Origin: Candidatus Poribacteria bacterium | GTDB lineage: Bacteria; Poribacteria; WGA-4E; WGA-3G | DNA: 64,000 nt | Assembly: GCA_022821725.1 (NCBI GenBank) | Contig: JAJEDB010000043.1 | Coordinates: forward strand, 143,900-207,899 | Direction: 5' to 3' | Shown here: piece by piece, positions 44,348-53,536 of the stretch | Layout of the letters: each line of letters begins with the position of its first letter | How positions within the stretch are numbered: the stretch's first letter is position 1 | Translations under genes and position numbers: made by a program | The notes under the pieces: model-generated | What the model was told of the DNA's origin: nothing | Databases searched by the model: none | The model's input: only the letters and a program-made list of their open reading frames with translations

Positions 44348-47300
44348 ACCCATCAAGACATACTATACCGAACTCCAGGAATATACCCATATCGGTGTAG
44401 AACACGAAGGTGCCGTCCGAACCGCATTCCAAAACCTACTCCAATATTACTGCCGACAGGCATCCTTAACCCTCGTTTGCGAAAAGCCTCACTATATTGC
44501 CGAAGGTAGACGGATCCGACCGGATGGCGAAGTCGTCGATACCTTCAAGTTACCCTACGGCTACTGGGAAGCAAAGGACACACAGGACGATCTCTACGTT
44601 GAAGCGAGCAAGAAATTTGCAGCAGGCTACCCGTCAAAAAACATCGTTATCCAGTCACCGACGCACGCGCTCCTCTATCAGCACGGGACATTACAACTGG
44701 ATTTAGACATCACCGAGCCGAGAAACCTCGTCCGTGTGCTTCAAGGTTTTTTCGCATATCAGGAAGATAACATCGCGGCATGGCAGACCGCCGTCACTGA
44801 ATTCAGAGACACAGTGCCAGCACTCGGCGCAGAGCTGGGGGTGCTCATCGAAACGGAACGCCAAAACAATACGCGATTTCAAGAGGCGTTCACCCGTTTC
44901 TACGAACAGTGCCGAGTCTCCATTAATCCGAACCTCTCCATCGCAGCAGTAGAGGAGATGCTCATCCAGCACCTATTGACCGAACGCATCTTCCGCACCG
45001 TCTTTAATAACCGTGACTTCACACGCCGCAATATCATCGCACGCGAGATTGAGAACGTCATCGACGCGCTCACCTCACAGACGTTCGATAGGAATCAATT
45101 TCTCCAAAGTTTAGACCCGTTCTACGTTGCCATCGAACAGACCGCCAACACGATCACGGATTTCTCACAGAAACAGGGATTCCTCAACACTGTTTATGAG
45201 CAGTTTTTTCAAGGCTTCTCCGTCAAGGTTGCGGACACGCACGGCATCGTCTACACCCCACAGCCGATCGTTGACTTCATGGTGAAAAGCGTTGAACATA
45301 TCTTGCAGACCGAGTTCAAACGCTCCCTTTCGGACAGCGGTGTGAACATCATCGACCCGTTCGTCGGCACCGGTAACTTCATCGTCCGTATCATGCAAGC
45401 ACTCGATCCCATCTCGTTAGAGCGAAAATATACCGCCGACCCGCCGGAACTCCAATGTAACGAGGTGATGCTCCTACCCTACTACATCGCCAGTCTCAAC
45501 ATTGAGCATCAGTTCTATACAGCAACGAACCGATACATCCCCTACGAAGGTCTCTGCCTCGTAGATACCTTTGAGTTGGCAGAGGATCGGGAGCAGCTGG
45601 AGCTGTTCACGCCCGATAACACCGCACGCGCCGAGAAACAAAAAGAGACCCCGATGTTCGTGGTTATCGGCAATCCCCCCTATAATGTCGGTCAGCTCAA
45701 TGAGAACGACAACAACAAGAACCGAGAGCATACGACGATGGATACGTCGATTAAGAATACTTATGCAAGAGATTCCAAATCGACACTCAGGCGTCAACTT
45801 TACGATCCATACATAAAGGCGATTCGATGGGCGTTGGATCGGATTGACGAGGAAGGTGTTGTCGCCTTTGTAACGAACAACAGTTTTATTGAAGGTTTAG
45901 CGTTTGACGGCATGCGGAAACACCTCGCCACTGATTGCGATGCGATCTATATTTTGGATTTAGGTGGAAATGCGAGAAAGGGATTAAAGGTTGCCGATGC
46001 GAATGTATTTGGGATTCGGGTCGGTGTAAGTATCAATTTGTTTGTGAAGAAAAAGCAGAATTCATCAGAATCAGCAAGCATTTTCTACCATCGCACGGAT
46101 GACCTGTGGAACAGAGAACAGAAGTTCAATTTTCTCAATGAATGTGAACACGTCGGTGGTATTACGTGGCAGCCGATTCAACCCGATACGCGACATACAT
46201 GGCTCACCGAGGGGATCCATGCCGAGTTTGATGCCTTTATTCCGATGGGAACCAAAGCAGCAAGAGGACAAAGAGGCACAACAGTAAACGTAATTTTTCA
46301 GGCCTACGCCACCGGTATCAGCACGGGACGTGATGCTTGGGTTTACAATTTCAACCAAAATACTCTCAGAGAGAACACGAACAGGATAATTGAAAATTAC
46401 AACGCGGAAGTTGACCGATGGGCACGACGGGCAGATCGTGATGCTGACCTTGATAATTTTGTAGCGTCTAACGACACGGAAATCAAGTGGAGCCGAGACC
46501 TAAAAGCAAAGTTACGGAGAGGAAGAACGGTGGAATATGCAGAACACAAGGTAAGGGCATCCCTTTATCGTCCATTTACGAAATCAAATCTCTATTTCGA
46601 TCAAACGATAGATGATGTGGTATCGGTATTCCCGACTATCTTCCCTACACCAGAAACAGAAAATCGAGTAATTTGTGTCGCTGGTTCTGGTAATAGAAAA
46701 GGTTTCGGTTGTCTTGCTACAAACGTAATTTCTACCTATGATTTAGCATTTGAAAAAACACGATGCTTCCCTTTCTACACCTACGACGAGGACGGCACGA
46801 ACCGCCGCGAAAACATCACTGACTGGGCATTGGAACATTTCCGAACCCACTACAAAGACGACACCCTCACCAAATGGGACATCTTCCACTACACCTACGG
46901 ACTCCTCCATCACCCGGACTATCGCGAGAAATACGAGGCGAACCTCAAACGCGATCTGCCGCATATCCCGTTTGCGAAAGACTTCTGGGGATTTGCGAAG
47001 GCTGGTGCACGACTTTCAGAAATCCACGTCAATTACGAATCCCAACCCGAATACGAATTGAAGTTCATCCAGAACCCAGACGCACCCCTCGATTGGCGTG
47101 TGGAGAAGATGAAATTCTCCAAAGACAAAACCTCGCTTGTCTACAACGATTTCCTGACGCTTGGGAACATTCCGCCAAAGGCGTTTGATTACCGACTCGG
47201 CACCCGCTCCGCGCTGGAGTGGATCGTGGATCAGTATCGCGTGAAAACAGACAAACGAAGCAGTATCGCCAACGACCCAAACCGTGTTGACGATCCGCAG

Positions 47301-47405
47301 TATATCGTCAAGTTAATCGGTCAGGTCATCACCGTCAGTTTAGAAACGGTGGGCATTGTTGAAGGGTTGCCCTCGTTGGATGTGAAGATTCCCACTCAAG
47401 GTTGA
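44322..47405 (+). CDS. Type ISP/IIG-like N6-adenine DNA methyltransferase with C-terminal specificity domain and no translocase module
   Basis: 1027 aa. GIVYTPQPIVDFMV, DPFVGTGNF (nt 45354-45380), NPPY (nt 45672-45683). C-terminal ..WDIFHYTYGLLHHPDYREKY..LKRDLPHIPF.. N-terminal RPDG..YWEAKD. Confidence 0.9.
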   Translation: MLNIKPTHKPIKTYYTELQEYTHIGVEHEGAVRTAFQNLLQYYCRQASLTLVCEKPHYIAEGRRIRPDGEVVDTFKLPYGYWEAKDTQDDLYVEASKKFAAGYPSKNIVIQSPTHALLYQHGTLQLDLDITEPRNLVRVLQGFFAYQEDNIAAWQTAVTEFRDTVPALGAELGVLIETERQNNTRFQEAFTRFYEQCRVSINPNLSIAAVEEMLIQHLLTERIFRTVFNNRDFTRRNIIAREIENVIDALTSQTFDRNQFLQSLDPFYVAIEQTANTITDFSQKQGFLNTVYEQFFQGFSVKVADTHGIVYTPQPIVDFMVKSVEHILQTEFKRSLSDSGVNIIDPFVGTGNFIVRIMQALDPISLERKYTADPPELQCNEVMLLPYYIASLNIEHQFYTATNRYIPYEGLCLVDTFELAEDREQLELFTPDNTARAEKQKETPMFVVIGNPPYNVGQLNENDNNKNREHTTMDTSIKNTYARDSKSTLRRQLYDPYIKAIRWALDRIDEEGVVAFVTNNSFIEGLAFDGMRKHLATDCDAIYILDLGGNARKGLKVADANVFGIRVGVSINLFVKKKQNSSESASIFYHRTDDLWNREQKFNFLNECEHVGGITWQPIQPDTRHTWLTEGIHAEFDAFIPMGTKAARGQRGTTVNVIFQAYATGISTGRDAWVYNFNQNTLRENTNRIIENYNAEVDRWARRADRDADLDNFVASNDTEIKWSRDLKAKLRRGRTVEYAEHKVRASLYRPFTKSNLYFDQTIDDVVSVFPTIFPTPETENRVICVAGSGNRKGFGCLATNVISTYDLAFEKTRCFPFYTYDEDGTNRRENITDWALEHFRTHYKDDTLTKWDIFHYTYGLLHHPDYREKYEANLKRDLPHIPFAKDFWGFAKAGARLSEIHVNYESQPEYELKFIQNPDAPLDWRVEKMKFSKDKTSLVYNDFLTLGNIPPKAFDYRLGTRSALEWIVDQYRVKTDKRSSIANDPNRVDDPQYIVKLIGQVITVSLETVGIVEGLPSLDVKIPTQG

Positions 47406-47430
47406 TTTTCGCGCGGCGATATGATATACT
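47402..47430 (+). promoter_or_regulatory. Promoter of the ATPase paralogue
   Basis: TTGATT-N17-TATACT with TGA extended -10 (the -35 overlaps the MTase stop). AAGGAGG SD at 47437-47443. Confidence 0.55.
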
Positions 47431-47448
47431 AAATTCAAGGAGGACATT

Positions 47449-48540
47449 ATGAGACGTTTCGGAACACAGGGTCCTGTAAATCCTGAAGAACATTATATTG
47501 TGGCGCGCGCTGCAGAAACGGCGGATTTCATCAATCGTGTCAGAGAGGGCAGGTATATTGTTTTGTTCGCGCCGCGCCAAACCGGCAAGACAACCTTTTT
47601 TCACTCGGTCCTTGAGGCACTCGTTGCACAGGATTCAATCTATTTTCCGATTCAACTGAATTTTGAGGCTTATGCGGATTACGACCGTGCCAGTTTTTAC
47701 GCTTCTCTCCATAACGAGATTTGCGAAGAAATTCGGCGAGTTTTTCAGAAACGCGGACAGGCTCCCTCTGAAACATTGACACAATTCTTGGTGAACACGC
47801 AGATAACCGATCATTTTTCGATGAGAAATTTCTTTCAGGAATTTGATAAGCATCTCGCTATACATTATAATAATTCGCAGCGGGTTATCCTTTTTATGGA
47901 TGCCTTTCACGGGATCCCCCTGGCACTTGAGAACAGTTTTTTGGCTTCGCTCCGGTCCATCTATCTTACGCATAAACCACACTGCCCTCACAGCGTCTGT
48001 TTTGTGAGTGTCAGAAGTATCATCCAACGCGACATGATCAACACTGTATCTCCGTTCAATATCCAGGATGCGTTCCATTTGCCCAACTTCACACTTGAGC
48101 AGGTGCGTGAACTCCTCACACAGTACACAGAGACAGTGGGGCAGGACTTTGAACCAGAGATTGTCGAAGCACTTCACAAACAGACGGCTGGTCACCCCTT
48201 CCTCGTCAATCGGCTCACAGAGATTCTTACCGAAGAGATGAAAATTTTGAAAACTGAACCGATTACAATGGAATATTTTTCAGAGGCATACACGCGGATA
48301 CTTCAAGAACATAACGCCAACTTCGATCATCTGCTTACCTATATCTGCCGATCCTCTCAATTTGAAGGCATTCTAACGAGAATCATGTCTCGTTCTGGTA
48401 GGGGCGTGCTCTTCGATTGGTCCGATGAACGCATTGATGAACTTGCCACAAACGGTATAATCTCTGAAGGTAATTACGGAACTTGCCAAATTGCCAATCC
48501 GATTTATTTCAATTACATCAAACGGGTGTTCAGCACATAA
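47449..48540 (+). CDS. AAA-like NTPase paralogue lacking the nuclease domain and the Walker B glutamate
   Basis: 363 aa. The first 51 aa share 38 identities with the 30958 protein. Walker A APRQTGKTT retained. Walker B position reads VILFMDAFH (nt 47899-47904). Ends where the paralogue continues into its nuclease half. Confidence 0.8.
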   Translation: MRRFGTQGPVNPEEHYIVARAAETADFINRVREGRYIVLFAPRQTGKTTFFHSVLEALVAQDSIYFPIQLNFEAYADYDRASFYASLHNEICEEIRRVFQKRGQAPSETLTQFLVNTQITDHFSMRNFFQEFDKHLAIHYNNSQRVILFMDAFHGIPLALENSFLASLRSIYLTHKPHCPHSVCFVSVRSIIQRDMINTVSPFNIQDAFHLPNFTLEQVRELLTQYTETVGQDFEPEIVEALHKQTAGHPFLVNRLTEILTEEMKILKTEPITMEYFSEAYTRILQEHNANFDHLLTYICRSSQFEGILTRIMSRSGRGVLFDWSDERIDELATNGIISEGNYGTCQIANPIYFNYIKRVFST

Positions 48541-48648
48541 TTTAAAGCACTTGGGCAGGAGTCCTCTCTTGAAAACACCAGCAGGAACTTTGTTAAAAAT
48601 CAGTAGAGAACACTTATCAATTTACAGTGTAGTGTGCGGAGAAATTTT

Positions 48649-49569
48649 ATGAAATACACGCTTCTCATAGCTCTCATCTTCGTGTGCATACCAGTAGCCG
48701 CGAATAATACGGATATCCACGAAAATGCTGGCACTCGCGCCATGACCTTCCTCAAAATCGGTGTCGGCGCAGAGGCGATGAGCATGGGGGAATCCCAAGT
48801 CGCAGCGGCCGATGACCTTTACGCCTCGTATTGGAACCCCGCAGGTCTCGCAAGACTCCGACAGCCGCAACTCGCACTGATGCATAACAGATGGTTCGCC
48901 GATATTAACCACGAATTCGTCGGGTTCGCACTTCCGCTTAAAGGGGCAGGCACGTTTGGTGCCAGCGCGAGTTTCTTGTCTTTCGGGGAATTGCAGGGCC
49001 GGGATCGGGATGGGAATGAAACCACGATTTTCCGTCCTTATGATCTGGCACTGATTCTCTCGTATGCTCGCGGTTTCGGCAGTTCACTCGCTTTTGGGGC
49101 GAATGCGAAATTCCTGCGTGAGCAGATCGCTGACGAAAGCGGAACGGGTATCGCTTTCGATCTCGGTGGACTCTATAATTTTCCTGAGATACCGCTCGCA
49201 TTGGGATTCAACGCACAGCACGTCGGTCCCCGCGTGAAGTTCATAGAGGAGGCGTTCGGGTTACCCTTTACCTTCAGGGTAGGCGTGGCTTACAGGCTCT
49301 GGAGTGACGCACTCCTCCTCACGACAGACATCATTCGTCCTTCCGACAACGATATTGCCATCGGGGTCGGTGCAGGGTACACGATCGGTAATGTTTTACA
49401 CCTCCGCACCGGCTATAAATACAAGATTGGCGGTAACGATTTGGGCGCGATTTCTGGACTCAGAGGTGGTTTTGGGTTGACGTTCCTCCGCTTCCAAATC
49501 GACTATGCGCTCATCCCGTTCGGCGTTCTTGGATTAACCCACCGTGTCTCCTTAGTCGCCAATTTTTAG
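48649..49569 (+). CDS. PorV/PorQ family outer-membrane beta-barrel protein
   Basis: Signal peptide MKYTLLIALIFVCIPVAA. GAEAMSMGESQVAAADDLYASYWNPAGLA. C-terminal ..SLVANF. Confidence 0.8.
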   Translation: MKYTLLIALIFVCIPVAANNTDIHENAGTRAMTFLKIGVGAEAMSMGESQVAAADDLYASYWNPAGLARLRQPQLALMHNRWFADINHEFVGFALPLKGAGTFGASASFLSFGELQGRDRDGNETTIFRPYDLALILSYARGFGSSLAFGANAKFLREQIADESGTGIAFDLGGLYNFPEIPLALGFNAQHVGPRVKFIEEAFGLPFTFRVGVAYRLWSDALLLTTDIIRPSDNDIAIGVGAGYTIGNVLHLRTGYKYKIGGNDLGAISGLRGGFGLTFLRFQIDYALIPFGVLGLTHRVSLVANF

Positions 49570-49591
49570 CAGACCTCTCCTATCCTTCGCT

Positions 49592-49633
49592 GGCGAGGTG
49601 TTTTTGCTGGGGGGTTTCCCTCCTAACCTCGCC
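49592..49633. repeat. Family-2 REP hairpin with expanded loop in a convergent gap
   Basis: GGCGAGG..(26 nt incl. GGGGGTTTCCCTCC)..ACCTCGCC. The left flank CGCTGGCGAGG matches the 40.56-kb copy. Confidence 0.55.
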
Positions 49634-49647
49634 TTCCTGACGGCTGA

Positions 49648-50343
49648 CTACTGTTCGGACGCAGCCGCAATAAACGCCTCAAAGAGTTTACGTCGGTGTT
49701 CCCGAAAATCGGCGGTTTCAAGCATCCGCTCCGGATGGTATTGTACACCCAGCACAAACCGCTGTGATCTGTTTTCCATCGCCTCAATAATCCCTTCCGT
49801 TGTCCGCGCTGTTACCTCAAACCCGTCGCCTTTCTCTCTTACTGCTTGATGATGGGCGGAATTGACCTCGTCTGTGCGTTTACCCGTGATTTGGTTGAGA
49901 CGACTGCCCGCGACAATCTCAATTGTGTGCCGAGAATCCACATCGTCCACCTGTGATTGACAGGATGCCTCTTGTGGGAATTCCGAGGGTATATCTTGGT
50001 ATAGACTCCCCCCCATTGCGACACCCATCACCTGAATACCGCGACAGATACCAAAAACGGGAAGGTCAGCAGCGATTGCCTCTTGACAGATCGGTATTTC
50101 CAGCGCATCGCGATCTTCGTCGATATTATATAGGGTTGGGTGCCACTCGGCATCAAAGTTGTCTGGATGAATATCGCCACCCCCTGTTAGCAAGAGTCCG
50201 TCTATGGTGTCGAGTTTAAAATCCGATATGCCTGGGTAGAGTGTGAGAGGTATACCTCCGAACTCTTTAACGGCTTTAATATAATTATTAGAAGGGTCGT
50301 CCCCAATATTTTCGCCGAATGTAATTCCGATAATAGGACGCAT
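49648..50343 (-). CDS. Class I glutamine amidotransferase (gamma-glutamyl-GABA hydrolase/peptidase C26-like)
   Basis: 231 aa. Nucleophile elbow GICRGIQVM, NSAHHQAV, YHPE. Confidence 0.85.
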   Translation of the reverse strand: MRPIIGITFGENIGDDPSNNYIKAVKEFGGIPLTLYPGISDFKLDTIDGLLLTGGGDIHPDNFDAEWHPTLYNIDEDRDALEIPICQEAIAADLPVFGICRGIQVMGVAMGGSLYQDIPSEFPQEASCQSQVDDVDSRHTIEIVAGSRLNQITGKRTDEVNSAHHQAVREKGDGFEVTARTTEGIIEAMENRSQRFVLGVQYHPERMLETADFREHRRKLFEAFIAAASEQ

Positions 50344-50468
50344 ATAAAAAGTCTCCTTTTAAGTAGTTTTTCTTTACATAAATTATACCCCATTTTAGAG
50401 CCAAATAACAAACCAACCTCACTCCTGTAGGCGGGAACTTCGATTCCCGACTGCTGACAACTATAAAC

Positions 50469-50497
50469 TTGCATTATCTGAAAACGCGTGGTATAAT
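50469..50497 (+). promoter_or_regulatory. Consensus-like sigma70 promoter
   Basis: TTGCAT-N17-TATAAT with TGG extended -10, 24 nt upstream of ATG 50521. Confidence 0.7.
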
Positions 50498-50520
50498 TTC
50501 ATAAAAGCACATAAAAGAAT

Positions 50521-51285
50521 ATGATACACGAAATTAACAAAAACGAATTATCCATTACAAAAGACAGCGCACCGATACTCACTTACTGTTACGGCGACCC
50601 TGAAACTCCTCCGTATTTTCATCCGCTCTATGCACCGGATGGACGGATAGTCACCGAAGGGGAACACACGCCAAGACACTATCCACCAGGGATCTGTTTC
50701 ACATTGGGGACTGTCAACGGCGAGCAGCTCGACCCGAACACACTGACCCGTGAAAGAGAACCCTCGAACGGAGGCGGCTCGGAAGATTTCACAATCGTCA
50801 CGACATGGAAGGCGTCGGAACCGCTGCTCGTAGAAACGTGCGCCACGGATGTCCATCCACCTCAACCTGAAGTTCAAGTGCTGGACATCGCCATTGCGTT
50901 ATACGCGCCTACGACTTCGCTTGAATTTGCGGGTAACATCGGACTTGGATGTCGGACGGTTGAGATGGAGTACCGTAAAGCCGCTGATGCAAACGGACGC
51001 CTCGGCGAATCGGAAGTGAATGGGAATCGGTCGGTATGGGGAACGCTTTCCGGCATCACGGCTGCTGAACAGAGTTCTGTAGGTGTCGCTATCTTTCCGC
51101 ATCCGACAAACGGTGAAACAACGTTTCTCGCGGAGGACGCGTCGTTCGGGTACCTCTTTGCACAAGCAGTTCCGTTCAAAGTGAACGTCGGATTGACGCG
51201 CACGCTAAAATACCGTGTTCTCGCCTATATAGGCGATCTCTTTACAGTCGATGTCTGGAAATACCATCAAGATTATATTGGGTAA
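50521..51285 (+). CDS. PmoA/DUF6807-like protein
   Basis: 254 aa. PPYFHPLYAPDGRIVTE motif recalled from DUF6807 proteins. Confidence 0.55.
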   Translation: MIHEINKNELSITKDSAPILTYCYGDPETPPYFHPLYAPDGRIVTEGEHTPRHYPPGICFTLGTVNGEQLDPNTLTREREPSNGGGSEDFTIVTTWKASEPLLVETCATDVHPPQPEVQVLDIAIALYAPTTSLEFAGNIGLGCRTVEMEYRKAADANGRLGESEVNGNRSVWGTLSGITAAEQSSVGVAIFPHPTNGETTFLAEDASFGYLFAQAVPFKVNVGLTRTLKYRVLAYIGDLFTVDVWKYHQDYIG

Positions 51286-51306
51286 GAAGGGTCCATAGTT
51301 AGAAGC

Positions 51307-52758
51307 ATGAAAAATGATACGCTTTTTCCACTCTACAATAAAAACGAAATCGCAGATGCACCGCATCCACCGCCACAGGTCCCGCGAGACACAAGTACTT
51401 CTCGTGCCATCCCGACATACGCCCGTCGCGTTTACATCGAAACCTATGGGTGCCAGATGAACGTCAGCGACAGCGAACTGATGGCAGGCATCTTAGCGCG
51501 AAGTGGACACCAGACGGTTCCACACCTTGACGCTGCGGATGTCGTCCTCATCAACACCTGCGCGATACGGGAAAACGCCGAGACGAAAGTTATTAATCGG
51601 CTGAAGCATCTGAACCATCGGAAACGTCGCGACCCAGAACTCATTATTGGGGTCTGTGGGTGTATGGCGCAACACCTCCGGGACCGCCTCTTGGAGGCTG
51701 CCCCTTATGTCGATCTTGTCATGGGACCGGATGCGTATCGGAATCTGCCGACGGCTTTGGATTCTCTGGCACGTGATGTTGAATCGCATGTCTCTTTGAC
51801 GGATCGCGATCCCTTTGTTGGGTTACGATTGGACAAAAACGAGGATTACGCCGACATCACACCCATCCGAAAAGAGGGGATTCGGGCATGGCTCACGATT
51901 CAGCGGGGCTGCGATAAGATGTGCACCTTCTGTATCGTTCCCTTCGTTCGCGGTAGAGAACGCAGCCTCCCTCTCAAACGCCTCGTTGAAGATGTCGAAA
52001 AGCTCGTTGATCAGGGGTTCAAAGAGGTCGTCCTTCTTGGGCAGACCGTCAACTCCTATCGAGATAATGGTGCCGATTTTGGGGAGCTCCTCTACACCGT
52101 CGGCGAAGTGAACGGATTGGAACGCGTGCGATTTACCTCGCCACATCCGGCAGACGCAACAGACAGCATGATTGATGCTATGGCGAAGTCACCAGCCGTC
52201 TGTAAGCATCTGCACCTCCCTCTACAGTCGGGTTCAACCGAAGTCCTTGCGCGGATGCGCCGCACCTATACAGCGGAGGAATACCGGACACTCGTCTCAA
52301 AACTCCGTGAACGCGTCCCTGATATTGCCCTCACAACCGATATTATTGTCGGTTTTTGTGGTGAAACCGATGAAGAATTCATGGAAACGTATCAGATGAT
52401 GGCAGATATCCGATACGATTCAGCGTTCATGTTCAAGTATTCCGAACGTGAGGGGACACTCGCACACAAAGCCTTACCCGATGATGTCCCTGAAACAGTA
52501 AAGGGAGAACGCCTCAAACGGATCATTGAACTCCAAGAAAACATATCTGCGGACCTCAACACTGCTGTCGTCGGGGACACCGTTGCAGTGCTCGTAGAAG
52601 GCGAATCCCGGCGCGACGCGGATAGATACCACGGAAAAACCGACGGTTTCAAGACGACTGTATTTCCCAAAGCGGACAGCCACATCGGAGACATCGTCAA
52701 CGTTCACGTTCACAGCACAACAGCACACACCTTAATTGGGAAGATACACGATGGATAA
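51307..52758 (+). CDS. miaB: tRNA-2-methylthio-N6-dimethylallyladenosine synthase
   Basis: YIETYGCQMN (UPF0004), radical-SAM CDKMCTFC, C-terminal TRAM domain. Confidence 0.9.
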   Translation: MKNDTLFPLYNKNEIADAPHPPPQVPRDTSTSRAIPTYARRVYIETYGCQMNVSDSELMAGILARSGHQTVPHLDAADVVLINTCAIRENAETKVINRLKHLNHRKRRDPELIIGVCGCMAQHLRDRLLEAAPYVDLVMGPDAYRNLPTALDSLARDVESHVSLTDRDPFVGLRLDKNEDYADITPIRKEGIRAWLTIQRGCDKMCTFCIVPFVRGRERSLPLKRLVEDVEKLVDQGFKEVVLLGQTVNSYRDNGADFGELLYTVGEVNGLERVRFTSPHPADATDSMIDAMAKSPAVCKHLHLPLQSGSTEVLARMRRTYTAEEYRTLVSKLRERVPDIALTTDIIVGFCGETDEEFMETYQMMADIRYDSAFMFKYSEREGTLAHKALPDDVPETVKGERLKRIIELQENISADLNTAVVGDTVAVLVEGESRRDADRYHGKTDGFKTTVFPKADSHIGDIVNVHVHSTTAHTLIGKIHDG

Positions 52759-53536
52759 AGTTAGAATCAAAAACAAGCTCGAAATTGAGAAGATGAAACG
52801 GAGCGGTAAGGCAGCAGCGACGGTGCTAAAGCGCATCGGAGAGGCAATCGCCCCGGGTGTATCGACTGCCGACTTGGAACGCATCTCGCGGGATACAATT
52901 GCCGAAGTCAACGCCACATCTTCCTTCTTAGGCTACCAGCTCCCCGAGCACGCGCCTTATCCCGCCACGATATGTACCTCCCTTAACGACATCGTCATTC
53001 ACGGGATTCCAGATGAAAAGGAAGTGCTGCAGGAAGGCGACATTCTCGGGATTGATACAGCCGTCAACATCGAAGGATACCACGGCGATAACGCATACAC
53101 CTTCCCTGTTGGAGACATCTCACCGCCAGCCGCACAGTTGCTTAACGTGACACGTAGTTCTCTCTACGACGCGATTGCTGAAGCGAAACCCGGAAACCGT
53201 ATCGGCGACATATCTTCTAAACTACAAGGCGGGGCAGAGTCCGCGGGATTCTCTGTCCTCCAGAATTTTGCCGGACACGGTATCGGGCGAAATCTCCATG
53301 AAGCCCCAGAGATCCCGTGTATGGGGGTCGCTGGTCGCGGTTTACGTCTGAGACCGGGGATGGTCCTCGCCATTGAAACGATGGTGAACGTTGGACTGCC
53401 CGATGTCCAGATACTGGAAGACGGTTGGAGCGTCTCAACGCTTGATGGCACGTTATCTGCGCTTTTTGAACATACGGTGGCGATCCTCTCAGACGGACCC
53501 GAAATTCTAACAGGGAGTGAACTGTGGGACGATTAA
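52751..53536 (+). CDS. map: Methionine aminopeptidase type I
   Basis: GIDTAVNIEGYHGD, AGHGIG, LAIETM, FEHT metal-ligand blocks. ATG 52751 overlaps the miaB end by 8 nt. Confidence 0.9.
   Translation: MDKVRIKNKLEIEKMKRSGKAAATVLKRIGEAIAPGVSTADLERISRDTIAEVNATSSFLGYQLPEHAPYPATICTSLNDIVIHGIPDEKEVLQEGDILGIDTAVNIEGYHGDNAYTFPVGDISPPAAQLLNVTRSSLYDAIAEAKPGNRIGDISSKLQGGAESAGFSVLQNFAGHGIGRNLHEAPEIPCMGVAGRGLRLRPGMVLAIETMVNVGLPDVQILEDGWSVSTLDGTLSALFEHTVAILSDGPEILTGSELWDD

Noticed and set aside
44322-47405. Possibility that the large methyltransferase is BREX PglX or a DISARM DrmMI.
   Set aside because: No PglZ, BrxC/BrxL, BrxA/B or DrmA/B/C genes are present anywhere in the 64-kb window. The C-terminal region matches my recollection of the Type ISP specificity domain rather than PglX.
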